A DNA stretch of 64,000 nucleotides from Batkoa obscura (lineage: Eukaryota): assembly GCA_030770535.1 (NCBI GenBank), contig JASVEC010000012.1, positions 62,001 through 126,000 on the forward strand. Direction: 5' to 3'. The translations under genes were made by a program, and so were the position numbers. This document shows, in pieces, positions 38,013-48,639 of the stretch (positions are counted from its first letter, which is position 1; each line of letters starts with the position of its first letter). The notes under the pieces are model-generated. The model was not told where the DNA came from. It searched no databases and saw only the letters and a list, made by a program, of their open reading frames with translations.

Positions 38013-40203
38013 ATGGATGTATCGGATGTGGATTTTGGTAAGCTATTTATTTTTATATATTGTATAGAGAAAGATTGAGAAATAAAAGCGTTCAATTCAT
38101 TGATTATAATAAAATTAATTAATTTTATTATATCTTTACAATCAAGTATAATACTTGAATTGCTCCTTTTTACTATTAAAAGATTTTTTTTATATTATGT
38201 TTATTGGTCATATTTATCAATAATACTTATCTTTAGATTTATCGGAACTTGAAAAAGAGATAGATGATGATGAAGATTTTGTTGTTTCAAAAAAAAAAAA
38301 TAAAGCAAAGACGGGCTATAAGAAGTAAGTTTTTGATTACAGTATTTAGTAGAAGTTTAAAGGTTTACTTTTTTATATATAGAGTAACAGAGGTTAAGAA
38401 AAAAAGTGTTAAAGGTAAGAATTTAGATTATTTTATGTTTAATGAAATTAGGTATTTATGATATATTAAAGGAAAGAGTAAGAAAATAGTTAAGAGTACA
38501 AAGAAAAAGGAGGAAGTAAAAGAGAAGGTAAGTATTAGTATCATTTTCTTTAATAATATTATTAACTATTTATATTTATTCATTTTAATGTTAGAAAGAT
38601 AAATTAGATCCCAAATTAATCACCAAACTATCATATATGTTTATGGATACATATTCTCCAATAGATGAAAAAAGCGCTATAAACAGCCTTAATGACGGAT
38701 CGTTTATACCATTAGAATATAATATACAAGATCAAGGTAATAAATTAATTATAGTCTATATTTTTTTAATAAAAGCTAATATTTCCCTTCATATAGGCCC
38801 TATCTTAGGTTTACAACTCTCTAAAGATAACAAATTATTAGCAACAATGAGCTCCTTAGGTCATATAAAACTATGGGAAATTGGAAGTTTTAAACTATTA
38901 GCAACCTTAAGAGATAATGAAGAAACAGAAATAGATGAATTTTATAAAGGCCAATTTTCACCCACACAACAATACTTTGTGGCCGGAGGAAAAAGAAAGG
39001 ATCGTACAATTTGGTCTGAACAAGACAATGATAATAAAATAATTGATTGTTATATTAAAGTAGGTTGTATTATGATATTAATTGTAGTTAAGGGTTTAAA
39101 TTAACTAATCAGCTATTATTAGGTCTTTGATTTATTAACTGGGAAAGTGATCAATTTATTAAAAGCACATACAGAAGAAATCTTATCTATCAAACAAGTT
39201 TATTTTAAAAGTCAAAATTATTATTTATCTACTTCTCAAGACGGTTATATTTATAAATGGTTATTATCAAAGGATCATAAAGAAATTATAAGCTCAACAA
39301 GGATGCAAGATAATGATACTTGTATGGCCTTTAATGTATCATTCTTACCTAATACAGGGAATAAATATTTTTTGGGGGCATGTGATAATATGATCAAATT
39401 ATTTGATTTTGAGCAGGCAAAGGCAAGGGTTCTTTATATTTTTGTATAAGTAATATATTAATTATTTTTTTAGCCAATTCAAAAATTTGAATCACCCTAT
39501 AGCTCTTATTGTGATAATATCAAATTTTTAAATCTATTTTCAGATGTTAAAGAACAACTTGATAGCTTATATGAAGATCAAATAGAAGATAATGATAATG
39601 AAAGAAATCATGCTTATTTTATTAGTCGAGGGGTAGAATTATTAGATGATGATGGAAATATGTTAACAGATGCTGAAAATACAGTGAATTTACATATATT
39701 ATGTTATCCAAAGTTTAGCGGTGATACATTTAAAATTAAGAATTTAAAGTGTTTTAAGGATGAAAGGTAGGGTTTATAATAATGATATAATAGTAAATTA
39801 AATTGCTGGTTTTCTATTTATTTAGGTATGCCTCTAATTCTTGGTATATTAATATTACAAGTAACGGAAGATATGTAATGGCACCAACAGTTAATGGAGA
39901 AGTATTTATATATTGTTTAATTACTGGAAATGTGAAAGGAGTTTTAAAAGATCATAGTGGTAAGTTTTAGAATTTCATATTTAAAATGAATTAAGTAATA
40001 TAATTTAATTGTTTATTATTAATTAGATATAGAAATCCGAGATTTAATCTTTCATCCTAATGAAAAATATTTTTTTACTTGTTCTGAAGGTAAATTTTAC
40101 AATTATTTATTTAGAACTTATAAGTTAATAACTTTTTTATATAGATGGTAAAGTAATTGTCTATGGTCAAGATGATGAAAATGGATTTATTGATTTAAAT
40201 TAA
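38013..40203 (+). CDS. WD40-repeat protein (multi-exon)
   Basis: LLATMSSLGHIKLWEI, AHTEEILSIK...LSTSQDGYIYKW, GACDNMIKLFDF, LKDHS...IRDLIFHP...FFTCSEDGKVIVY; stop 40201-40203. Confidence 0.8.
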
Positions 40204-40505
40204 ACACATTGTTAGATGAATTCTATTATAATTAGAAGAAATTATTAAAAAATTAATGTTTGCCTTGTTTTTGATTATAATTGATTTTTATTGTTGTTAA
40301 ATTAGTTGAGAGTTTGCTTATATTTTAAGCTTAAAAAATAAAAAATGTTTTAAGAAAAAAATTATAAACTTTTAACAATTAAAACATACAAATCAAATTC
40401 AAATTTATTAATTTATTTATTAGTAACAACGAAAGCAAAGAATAAAGAGAAATCACAGAAGAAATCACAGAAGATAACATGAGAAGAAATAACCGATAAC
40501 AATAA

Positions 40506-41585
40506 TTAACAATTATTATTGTATAAATTGGTGGAAATATTAGCAAAAAGATCCTTAGAGTTAAATTTAATATCAGGTCTATCAGCAGTAAATAAATTTT
40601 TATCCGTTTCATCTAACACCATCAAATGAGATGAATTAATAGTATCCAGATGTTTTCCCCATTTAGCCGAATTAACAGAAACTACACCATCATTAATACC
40701 TTCATATTTATTAATAACATAATAAGGAAATAAAAGAGATGGGTTGCTTAATGGGGCCGTATCTACTTTTGTTGAATAAGAATAATATTTGATATTGGGA
40801 TTGTTGGGAGTATTAGGATTAAAATAATTTTTCATATAATTACAATTTAAATTAAAATAAGCTGGCTTATTTAACAAATATTTTAATAAATTATACATAT
40901 AAATATTAGTATTATATAATTTAGTTAATACACTTAACATTGTTTCTTGTTGACTTTTGTCATTATTATTGGTATTATTCTTCATTTCATTTAATATTTT
41001 TAAAAAATAATCAATTAAGTACGAGCCTCTATGTGGAGTGGAGATCGTAGTTAATGATAATACATTGTATTTTTTCTCTTGAATATGTGTAATTAAATAT
41101 CTAGAATCTAAACCACCCATAGAATGACCAATTAAATTGACTTGTCTATCTTTACACAGTTTATTTAATTGTTCATTTAATTGGTAAGCTCTTTCTTTAA
41201 TAGTACCAATTTCATTTACTTTCGTAATAATCACTTCATTTCCCATTTTCTCTAAACTTTCTTTAATTCCTGGCCAATAATGGGTTTGTAATCGTGGATA
41301 ATTTTTAGGTCCTTTAACATCATAACCGTATAATCCATGACATAATACAATCACTCCTTTACATGCTTTATTGGCGGGAAGGAAATTATATTCTTCAAAA
41401 TTGTTTTGTTGCTGGAAATGATTGTGATTAAAAGTGGGAGCATTATTGTTGATACTAGTCACAACTCGTTTATATTTTTGCTCAAGTAAAGAATTGAGTT
41501 TAGTGATGCTTTGTTTTTTTAATAAAATAAAATTGTTAATGAAATTAGTTGCAGTAGCTTTAAAATTAAGACTGATGGTTGCCAT
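40506..41585 (-). CDS. TGL2: Alpha/beta-hydrolase triacylglycerol lipase, Tgl2-like (intronless)
   Basis: IVLCHGLYG, HYWPGIKESL, VNLIGHSMGGLDSRYLI (GxSxG), SLTTISTPHRGS, NDGVVSVNSAKWG, catalytic His in SSHL. Confidence 0.8.
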   Translation of the reverse strand: MATISLNFKATATNFINNFILLKKQSITKLNSLLEQKYKRVVTSINNNAPTFNHNHFQQQNNFEEYNFLPANKACKGVIVLCHGLYGYDVKGPKNYPRLQTHYWPGIKESLEKMGNEVIITKVNEIGTIKERAYQLNEQLNKLCKDRQVNLIGHSMGGLDSRYLITHIQEKKYNVLSLTTISTPHRGSYLIDYFLKILNEMKNNTNNNDKSQQETMLSVLTKLYNTNIYMYNLLKYLLNKPAYFNLNCNYMKNYFNPNTPNNPNIKYYSYSTKVDTAPLSNPSLLFPYYVINKYEGINDGVVSVNSAKWGKHLDTINSSHLMVLDETDKNLFTADRPDIKFNSKDLFANISTNLYNNNC

Positions 41586-43069
41586 GTTGAGAAGATCAAG
41601 TATTGAAATAAAAAGGATAGATAAAAATTAAAATAAAAAAAGCTAATAGATACAAAGATGATTTTTAGATATTAAATAATTAGATTTGAAAAATTAAAAC
41701 TGGATTTGATATTGTTTCAATACTTTATTTATACGTTTCATTTCATTAAATTTTATCAACTAATTTATTATTCCCACGCTCTAACAAACACCACTCTATT
41801 TTATTGTTCAAGATAAACTTTGAGGATCAAATCAAATTAAATTGATAAACCACCTGATTAACTTAACCAATTAAAGTTAAAATTATTATGTAAATTGGAC
41901 CATTTAACCAATGAGATTAAAAACAACTCTCAGCTTAGAAATTGATAAAGAAATCCAATTTAATGGAAAAAAATCATTGGCTCTTCTTTTAATGAAGGAA
42001 GTAAAGTGACCAAATTATTCTATGAAGTTATAAAATTGCTATTAATAAATGAAATAAATTACTTCTAGTGGAATATTTTGATTGAAGCTTAAGCCTATTT
42101 TACTTTCAAAACCAACAATGTTTTTATTAGCCAATAGTCTTTTTTAATATGTAAAATAGAGAAATTAAATATCCGTTCTAATGATTAATCATAATGTCAT
42201 TTTATAATTTATTAAATTATAAACAATTCATTAAGAATATTATGTTATTATGTTATAATAAGTGTAATTTTTTTGTAATGTTGATCCCTCTATTACTACT
42301 AATAAATGTTAATATTTGTAAAACAATACAATATTCTAGTTTTATGAAGTTAAATATTGTTTAAAATATATATAATTTCAATTTAAGCTTTAAATTAAAT
42401 TAAAATAAATTTAATGTTTCAAAAATTGTCATTCGTTTTCTTTGTTTTTAACCAGCTGAATCCAATCACGTTATCTACTATTGATTGGTAATAAATTGTA
42501 TATTTTTTTATATGGTAAATTTAACTGAAACAAAAGTTGAATTAAATTTCAATTTGAAAAAGTTTTTTTCAACATTTGAGTTTAAAATTTTTGAATTTTA
42601 TATTAAATAAAATAGGGACTATTTTCAAGCTAAAAAAAACGTTTTACTATGGATGGTGGAACTTTTAATATATTAGATAACTTCATAAGTAACGACGCAA
42701 AATTTCAACCAAAAAGCAGTGCTTTTGGCTAAAACAGTAAATTCAATCTTTGAACTTTTCAATAAAGAGCTAATTTTTAACAGTCAATTTTTTTGTAGCA
42801 TAATCGGTCTAATTAGTAGTTTTTTTGGCTGAGATTTATATTTTTCTAAAAAACAGTAGCAACTTTGCAAAAAGTATCTTTATACTGCTGCAATCTATTA
42901 CCCTCAATAAAAAACTCTACAAATTTTCCCACTTTTTGCGCCATTGTTTATGGAATTACCTAATAAATTCAATTCAAAATTCACTTTTTATTAAATGTTT
43001 TTAAGCTTGTTCCAAATTCTAAATTGATTAAATATTAAAGCACAATAACAGCTACAGATTATTAATAAA

Positions 43070-43159
43070 GGGATATTTGTTGGTTTCATCATTCTTTCCA
43101 CTAAGTGCAATTTGAGAGGAAAAATTATTAGTAAAATCATCAAACAAAAATACATCCCC
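43070..43159 (+). mobile_element. MITE family A, copy 14 (diverged)
   Basis: Recognisable consensus ending TACATCCCC; left end degenerate. Confidence 0.7.
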
Positions 43160-43394
43160 AAATGCTAAAATAATCAGTTTTTAAGGACAATTCAACTTTA
43201 TATTTGAAACTGATTATGAAATAGTCGTTGTATGAGGAGAATATTAAATCAAGTTAAAGCATATTAAAAAAACACAGTCTTGTTAAAGTAATGTAATAAA
43301 GGATATAGAATATAAAAATAAATACCAAAATAAAATTTTGAATTAAAATCTTATTCTCTTAACTATTAATTACTATCTGTTAAACTAGCTGATA

Positions 43395-43607
43395 ATGAAT
43401 ACCAAACTGACTGCTTTTTTTATACCTATTATTTTTGCTGCACCAACCATAGTCCAAAACAATAATGAGCCAATTATTACTGATGTTAGTAGGGATTGCG
43501 GTATAGGATCATTAATCCCAATATGTTTATTAAATTCAAATGATATAAAATTAGTTGATAATAGCATAAAACGAGCTAGTAATGCTGTTTTTCAAAAAAA
43601 TCATTAA
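43395..43607 (+). CDS. Small secreted 2-Cys protein (70 aa)
   Basis: Signal-like MNTKLTAFFIPIIFA|AP; C-x8-C core (DCGIGSLIPICLLNSNDIKLVD); TATAAA at ~43311; paralog at 17938..18146. Confidence 0.65.
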   Translation: MNTKLTAFFIPIIFAAPTIVQNNNEPIITDVSRDCGIGSLIPICLLNSNDIKLVDNSIKRASNAVFQKNH

Positions 43608-43636
43608 TTATTTTCCTGCTACTATCCTTATTGCTG

Positions 43637-43693
43637 AAGCACTATTCGAGCAGAAAAGCTATCAATAAAACTTTTAAACAAAAAATACATTTC
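43637..43693 (+). mobile_element. MITE family A, partial (3' half)
   Basis: AAGCACTATTCGAGCAGAAAAG...AAACAAAAAATACAT. Confidence 0.65.
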
Positions 43694-43874
43694 AAATTAG
43701 TATTTTAAAAAATAAAAATAAAAAACAAGGTAAAAATTTTGAATAAAAAAAATCTTTATAGTTTATTTAACCTAGTTTTAAAAAGATAGCCAATAATAAA
43801 CGATTAATGCTTTGTCTTATATATATTAAACCAAGTGTAAAAAAGAGTTTTTTTTAGCAAAAAAAGTTAATAAA

Positions 43875-44070
43875 TATGAAAATTAATATTTAATAGTTAG
43901 AGTTAAAAGCAGTTTTTGCTTAATTAACTGGCTGTAAGTCAAAAAGTCTTAGTTTATATAACTAATATAGGCTTAAATTAATAAAAATAATATGTAATAA
44001 TCTACAAATCATGTAAAGCAAATAAAAAGATATTATTGTAAAATCTACATAAGATATTATAAAACTTAAT
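43875..44070 (-). repeat. Dispersed repeat family B, AT-decayed copy (inverted relative to 44270-44535)
   Basis: Reverse complement aligns to 44330-44535 and to 31085-31290. Confidence 0.75.
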
Positions 44071-44269
44071 AGTTGTGAAATATTGCTTCATCAGCTCTCG
44101 GATTAATTGTAACGTAATAATCATTTAACTTGTTTACAAAACTAGTTGTAGCTTTGTAATCTATTTGATCGTGGTTCATGTGGTACAATCAGCTCAGAGC
44201 TCCTTGTTTTGATTTGCTGTGAGAATTTCTAACTTCACATTGCAAAGAATATAAAAGAGATTCTTCAAT

Positions 44270-44535
44270 ATGATAACTCGATGCTTTTTAACTGAATTAC
44301 TCCCTGATATTGTACCATTAATAAAGCCACTAAGTCTTTCTGACAACATCTTACGTAGATTTTACAGTAGTATCTTCTATTTTATTTGTTTTACATAGTT
44401 CATAGCCTATTGTACACTATTATTATTCATTTAAATCTATGTTATTTATATAAACTAACACCGTTCGATTCAAGGCAAGTTAATGAAGCAAGAACTGCTT
44501 TTTAACTCCAACCACTGAGTACCAACTTTCACAAC
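44270..44535 (+). repeat. Dispersed repeat family B, GC-richer copy (possible degenerate TE coding remnant extending to ~44072)
   Basis: Aligns to the two AT-rich copies; truncated on the right by a family A MITE. Confidence 0.7.
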
Positions 44536-44633
44536 GAGGATGTTTTTTTTGGTTTCATTACTTTTTCCATCTTTTAAACGCTATTTGAGTGAAAAGATTG
44601 TTAGTAAAATTCTTAAACAAAAAATACATCCCC
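44536..44633 (+). mobile_element. MITE family A, copy 15
   Basis: GAGGATG...CATCCCC; flanks CAAC/ATAT do not match, suggesting an adjacent deletion. Confidence 0.88.
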
Positions 44634-47067
44634 ATATAAGCTATCTTAGTTAAACTTTTACTAATTTGGTAATTTTTATTAAATTTAATACAAATTCTGC
44701 TAACTTGTAATATAAATTATAATAAAATAATTTAAAACTATGTTGAGTACTTTGGGTTTTTAATAAAAAAATGAAACCAATTTAGACATCCCCATATTTC
44801 TTTTTCCTATTAAAATTATTTTGAAATTAAATTAGAAACTAAATAAATAAATATCAACCATAAATTTTTTAATGATAAAATTCTATTAGATAAAATTCTA
44901 CAGTATATTATTTAATCATATTTTATAAAATTAGTTATAATAATTATTTGTATTAACTCATACATTATTGGATATTCGATTTTTATTATGATTTTTAAAA
45001 CTGTTAAATACTTTTGCTTTTTAATAAAGAATTTAATTTATAGAATTTTAAGCAAAGTTCTTAAATCCAAAATATTTAAAAATTGAGTTTTATTTTGTTA
45101 ACATTTTATTGGTTACCCTATTTATAGTCTAAAATTTAAAAATTAGATAAAAAATGAAATCAATCCAGACATCCTTATGTAAATTCATTTACTTTAATTT
45201 CAGTAAACTAGTCTATTTATAAAAGTTTTAGTATATATGTTACTAATTCATGTTACATGTTTTTTCTAGAAAGTGTACATTTGTTCGGAAATGTTACTAT
45301 CTGTTGTAATAATGTTTATTTGGCTTTTAATAGGCTTTTTAATTTTATCACTAGTACGGGGCTAAATGTTAATTAGTACATTTCCTTATATTATTTATTA
45401 GATCATTAAATTTATTTATAGCTCTGTAACATTACATATTTAACCTAAATATTAAGAGGTCATTCAACGGAATGATCTATAAAGTATGGATGGAAATAAA
45501 TTTGCTTAACTAACTGTTCTATAATAAAGTAGCTATTAAATTATGAGCTTTGAATTATAAGTTCTTGTTTAAACATTTAGTTTATAATAATATGGAACTA
45601 TGATACTTAATTGTCATAAGTTTGCATAACAATATAGAATTTTAACAAAATTGTACGGTAAAAAAGGTATAATAATAACAAGTTGGCTTACAGACTTAAA
45701 TTTAAATTCTATTTGAATAAACTTAATAGAGTACAATAACTTTAAGCAATTCTAAGAATAAAAGCGATCTATAATAAATTTAATAAGACTCAAAATCTTT
45801 AAATTATAAATTGAATGTAAGAATAAATTGAACATACTTTTAAGAGAAACAAAAAATTACTTTTTATGAATAAATATCGAACCATCTATTTGTTTTATTT
45901 CTCTATAAAATAACTTCTTTCTATCCTTCAAAAATTAAAGTTTATGAATATAGTATTATTGCATATATTATGTTACATTGGCTGTTTTTAAAATTCTTTT
46001 ATTGCTTTGGAATTATAGGGTAGTTTATTTAATTAAATTATCATATAGATATCTTTCGTATGTTTTTGTCGTGATATTTATAACATCAACTCTTAATAAT
46101 AAATAGCTTTTGATACTTATGTAAATTTCCAATTTAATTCAAATGATATAGTTTATATAAGGAAATTAATGCTATTTATATCTGTTTAATTAACATTATA
46201 AATAAATTAATGAAAAAACGTTTTCTATAAATATACATTGTTAGTTTCAAAGCTTTCACTTAAGGTTTCTAATATTAACTCTTACAAATTAAAGTATGTG
46301 ATTTAAATTTCATACTATTGGCTTTATTATGTTGTTAAGATCAAGGGTGAATAAAGATTATACAACAAAGAGTAAACTAAGTGGATCCATAGAATAATGT
46401 AATATTTGATTAATATTACAAATACCTACAGCCCTGATTTGATTTCTTATACAAATTGTTTTTATTTAATTAAAAACTAAATTAAATTACCCTAATGTAA
46501 TACATAAGCTATAAAGTGATGTTAAAGACTAACGGTCTAGCCTAGACTAACTTTGCATTTGTACATTTACAATATAAAAAAAGTAATTGAGCTCAAAGCC
46601 TAACCACTATATAATAAGGTATAGTTTCAATAAGGTGATGAAGGGTCAAAAGCCGAATATTGCGAAGATTTAAGCATCATTTACCTTATAAATAGTATTC
46701 AAAAACGTCACATTTAAATATTTAAAAATAAACAATAAAATATGGTGCTCCCCTTCTTATCCGTAAAAGTACCTAACATATAATTATTTTTCAGTGAATA
46801 TACAATAAATACATTTAAACATTTTCGGCAAGTTCTCGGGCTTTTTTACATAGGCTTACTTTGCAATTTAAAAAAATCTTATTCTTGCTTGGCCTGCGTG
46901 GGTATCATTAAAGAAAAAAGGTGAGAAATTAGATTTTAGATCACTCATATTTAAAGCTTAGTTTTTAACATAAATAAATTAGAAATAAAATTCATACTGG
47001 AGAGTATATAAACCTAAAAATTGGACCTAAACATTTAAAAATAATTATTTTGTTTAAATAGTTAATC

Positions 47068-48423
47068 ATGGCTGTAAAATACACATCCGCATTATTTCAA
47101 ATCATTTTGGTGGGTTTCATTTGCTTTTGCTGTCCTGGCATGTTCAATGTATTGAACAGTATCGGTGGCGGTGGTTTGGTAGATGACCCAAATGTATCAA
47201 GAAATGCCAATGTAGCTTTGAATGTTACATTTGCTCTCTTTGGTATCATTGGTGGTGGTATTGTGAACATTGTTGGTTCCAAATGGTCTATAGCGATATC
47301 TGGTCTTGGATATGCTTTTTATTCCGCTTCTTTCCTTATCTTTAGTGCTACAGGTGCTGGATGGGTAGTTATCCTTGCAGGTGCTTTATTAGGTGCATGT
47401 GCTGGTGTGCTTTGGACTGCTCAAGGTAGAATAATGATGTCCTATGCCACCGATGAAGTAAGGGGGAAATATATTTCAATCATTTGGATTATATTCAACT
47501 TGGGTTCTGTTCTCGGTAACATCATTCCATTTTCATTGAATTTCAATTCAGCATCTGGAAAACTTGGAAATGGTACTTATATTGGTTTAATCGTTGTTAT
47601 GCTTGTTGGTTGTGCCATTTCTCTCGGTTTAGCCCCTATTGACAAAGTTGTACGCCATGACGGTTCTTCAGTTAAGGTTACAAAATATGAAAATATTCTA
47701 TCAGAAGCGATTGAAGTACTAAAAGTGTTCTTGAACTGGAAAATGGTAGTATTAGTGCCCCTATTTGTTGCATCGAATTACTTTTATACTTATCAATGGG
47801 ATGTTATGAATTATTTTGTATTCAATCTTCGTACACGCTCATTTAATAATATTTGGTATTGGGCGGCACAAATGGTTGGTGCTTATTGTATGGGAAAGCT
47901 TCTTGATTATCCAAAAATGAAACGATCTTCAAAAGGACTTATCGGACTTGCTGCTTTGACTATTTCATTTACTGCAGTTTGGGGTGGAGCATTGGCCTTT
48001 CAGCTTCAATTTACGGCTGAAAATAACCCATTTAAAGCTTACATTGCTCCTGCAGCAAGTAGTCCCGGAGTCGACTTTACTTCACCAAATTACGGGGGTT
48101 TAATAGTATTGTATTTGTTGTTTGGTTTACTTGATGCCATGTTACAAACCCTTGCGTATTGGATTATGGGATCTTTACACAACGATGCACTTATCCTTAC
48201 TCGTTATGCTGGTTTCTATAAAGGTATTCAATCAGCCGGTGCAGCTGTTGCTTGGGGTGTGTCAACTACTAGTGCAAGCTATTTAACCCAACTAATCATT
48301 TGTTGGGTATTGCTTGAAGTATCTGTCCCTGGAGCATTCCTTGTTGTAAGATCTTTAGAAGATTATGATTCGTCTGAAGTTCCAAAAGAAAGTTTTGATC
48401 ATGAACTTGATTCAAAGTCATAA
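47068..48423 (+). CDS. UNC-93-like MFS transporter (Ngt1-like), copy 1, intronless
   Basis: QIILVGFICFCCPGMFNVLNSIGGGG, LGACAGVLWTAQG, GKYISIIWIIFNLG, ASNYFYTYQ, YAGFYKGIQSAGAAVAW; ~11-12 TM. Confidence 0.9.
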   Translation: MAVKYTSALFQIILVGFICFCCPGMFNVLNSIGGGGLVDDPNVSRNANVALNVTFALFGIIGGGIVNIVGSKWSIAISGLGYAFYSASFLIFSATGAGWVVILAGALLGACAGVLWTAQGRIMMSYATDEVRGKYISIIWIIFNLGSVLGNIIPFSLNFNSASGKLGNGTYIGLIVVMLVGCAISLGLAPIDKVVRHDGSSVKVTKYENILSEAIEVLKVFLNWKMVVLVPLFVASNYFYTYQWDVMNYFVFNLRTRSFNNIWYWAAQMVGAYCMGKLLDYPKMKRSSKGLIGLAALTISFTAVWGGALAFQLQFTAENNPFKAYIAPAASSPGVDFTSPNYGGLIVLYLLFGLLDAMLQTLAYWIMGSLHNDALILTRYAGFYKGIQSAGAAVAWGVSTTSASYLTQLIICWVLLEVSVPGAFLVVRSLEDYDSSEVPKESFDHELDSKS

Positions 48424-48639
48424 ATATCTTTAACAATAGGTAAATGATAATAAAATCAATTAACTTCGAATTGATATTCACTATTATTAGATATTTCGTA
48501 TTTAAATTTATAACTCAACTTTTATTAGTATAATTGAAAATAAAATTAAAGATCTGGTATAAAAATTGAATTAAAAAACAATAATAAAATTTAAAATGAT
48601 TATTATTAAAAATGATAAGTTAATAGGGATTCAAGTGGC

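Noticed and set aside
42640..42950. Possible Tc1-like terminus (reverse complement CAATGGCGCAAAAAGT)
   Set aside because: No matching opposite TIR or second copy found in the window
44463..44471. GTTCGATTC tRNA T-loop / B-box-like motif
   Set aside because: No T-stem, A-box or cloverleaf; lies inside repeat family B
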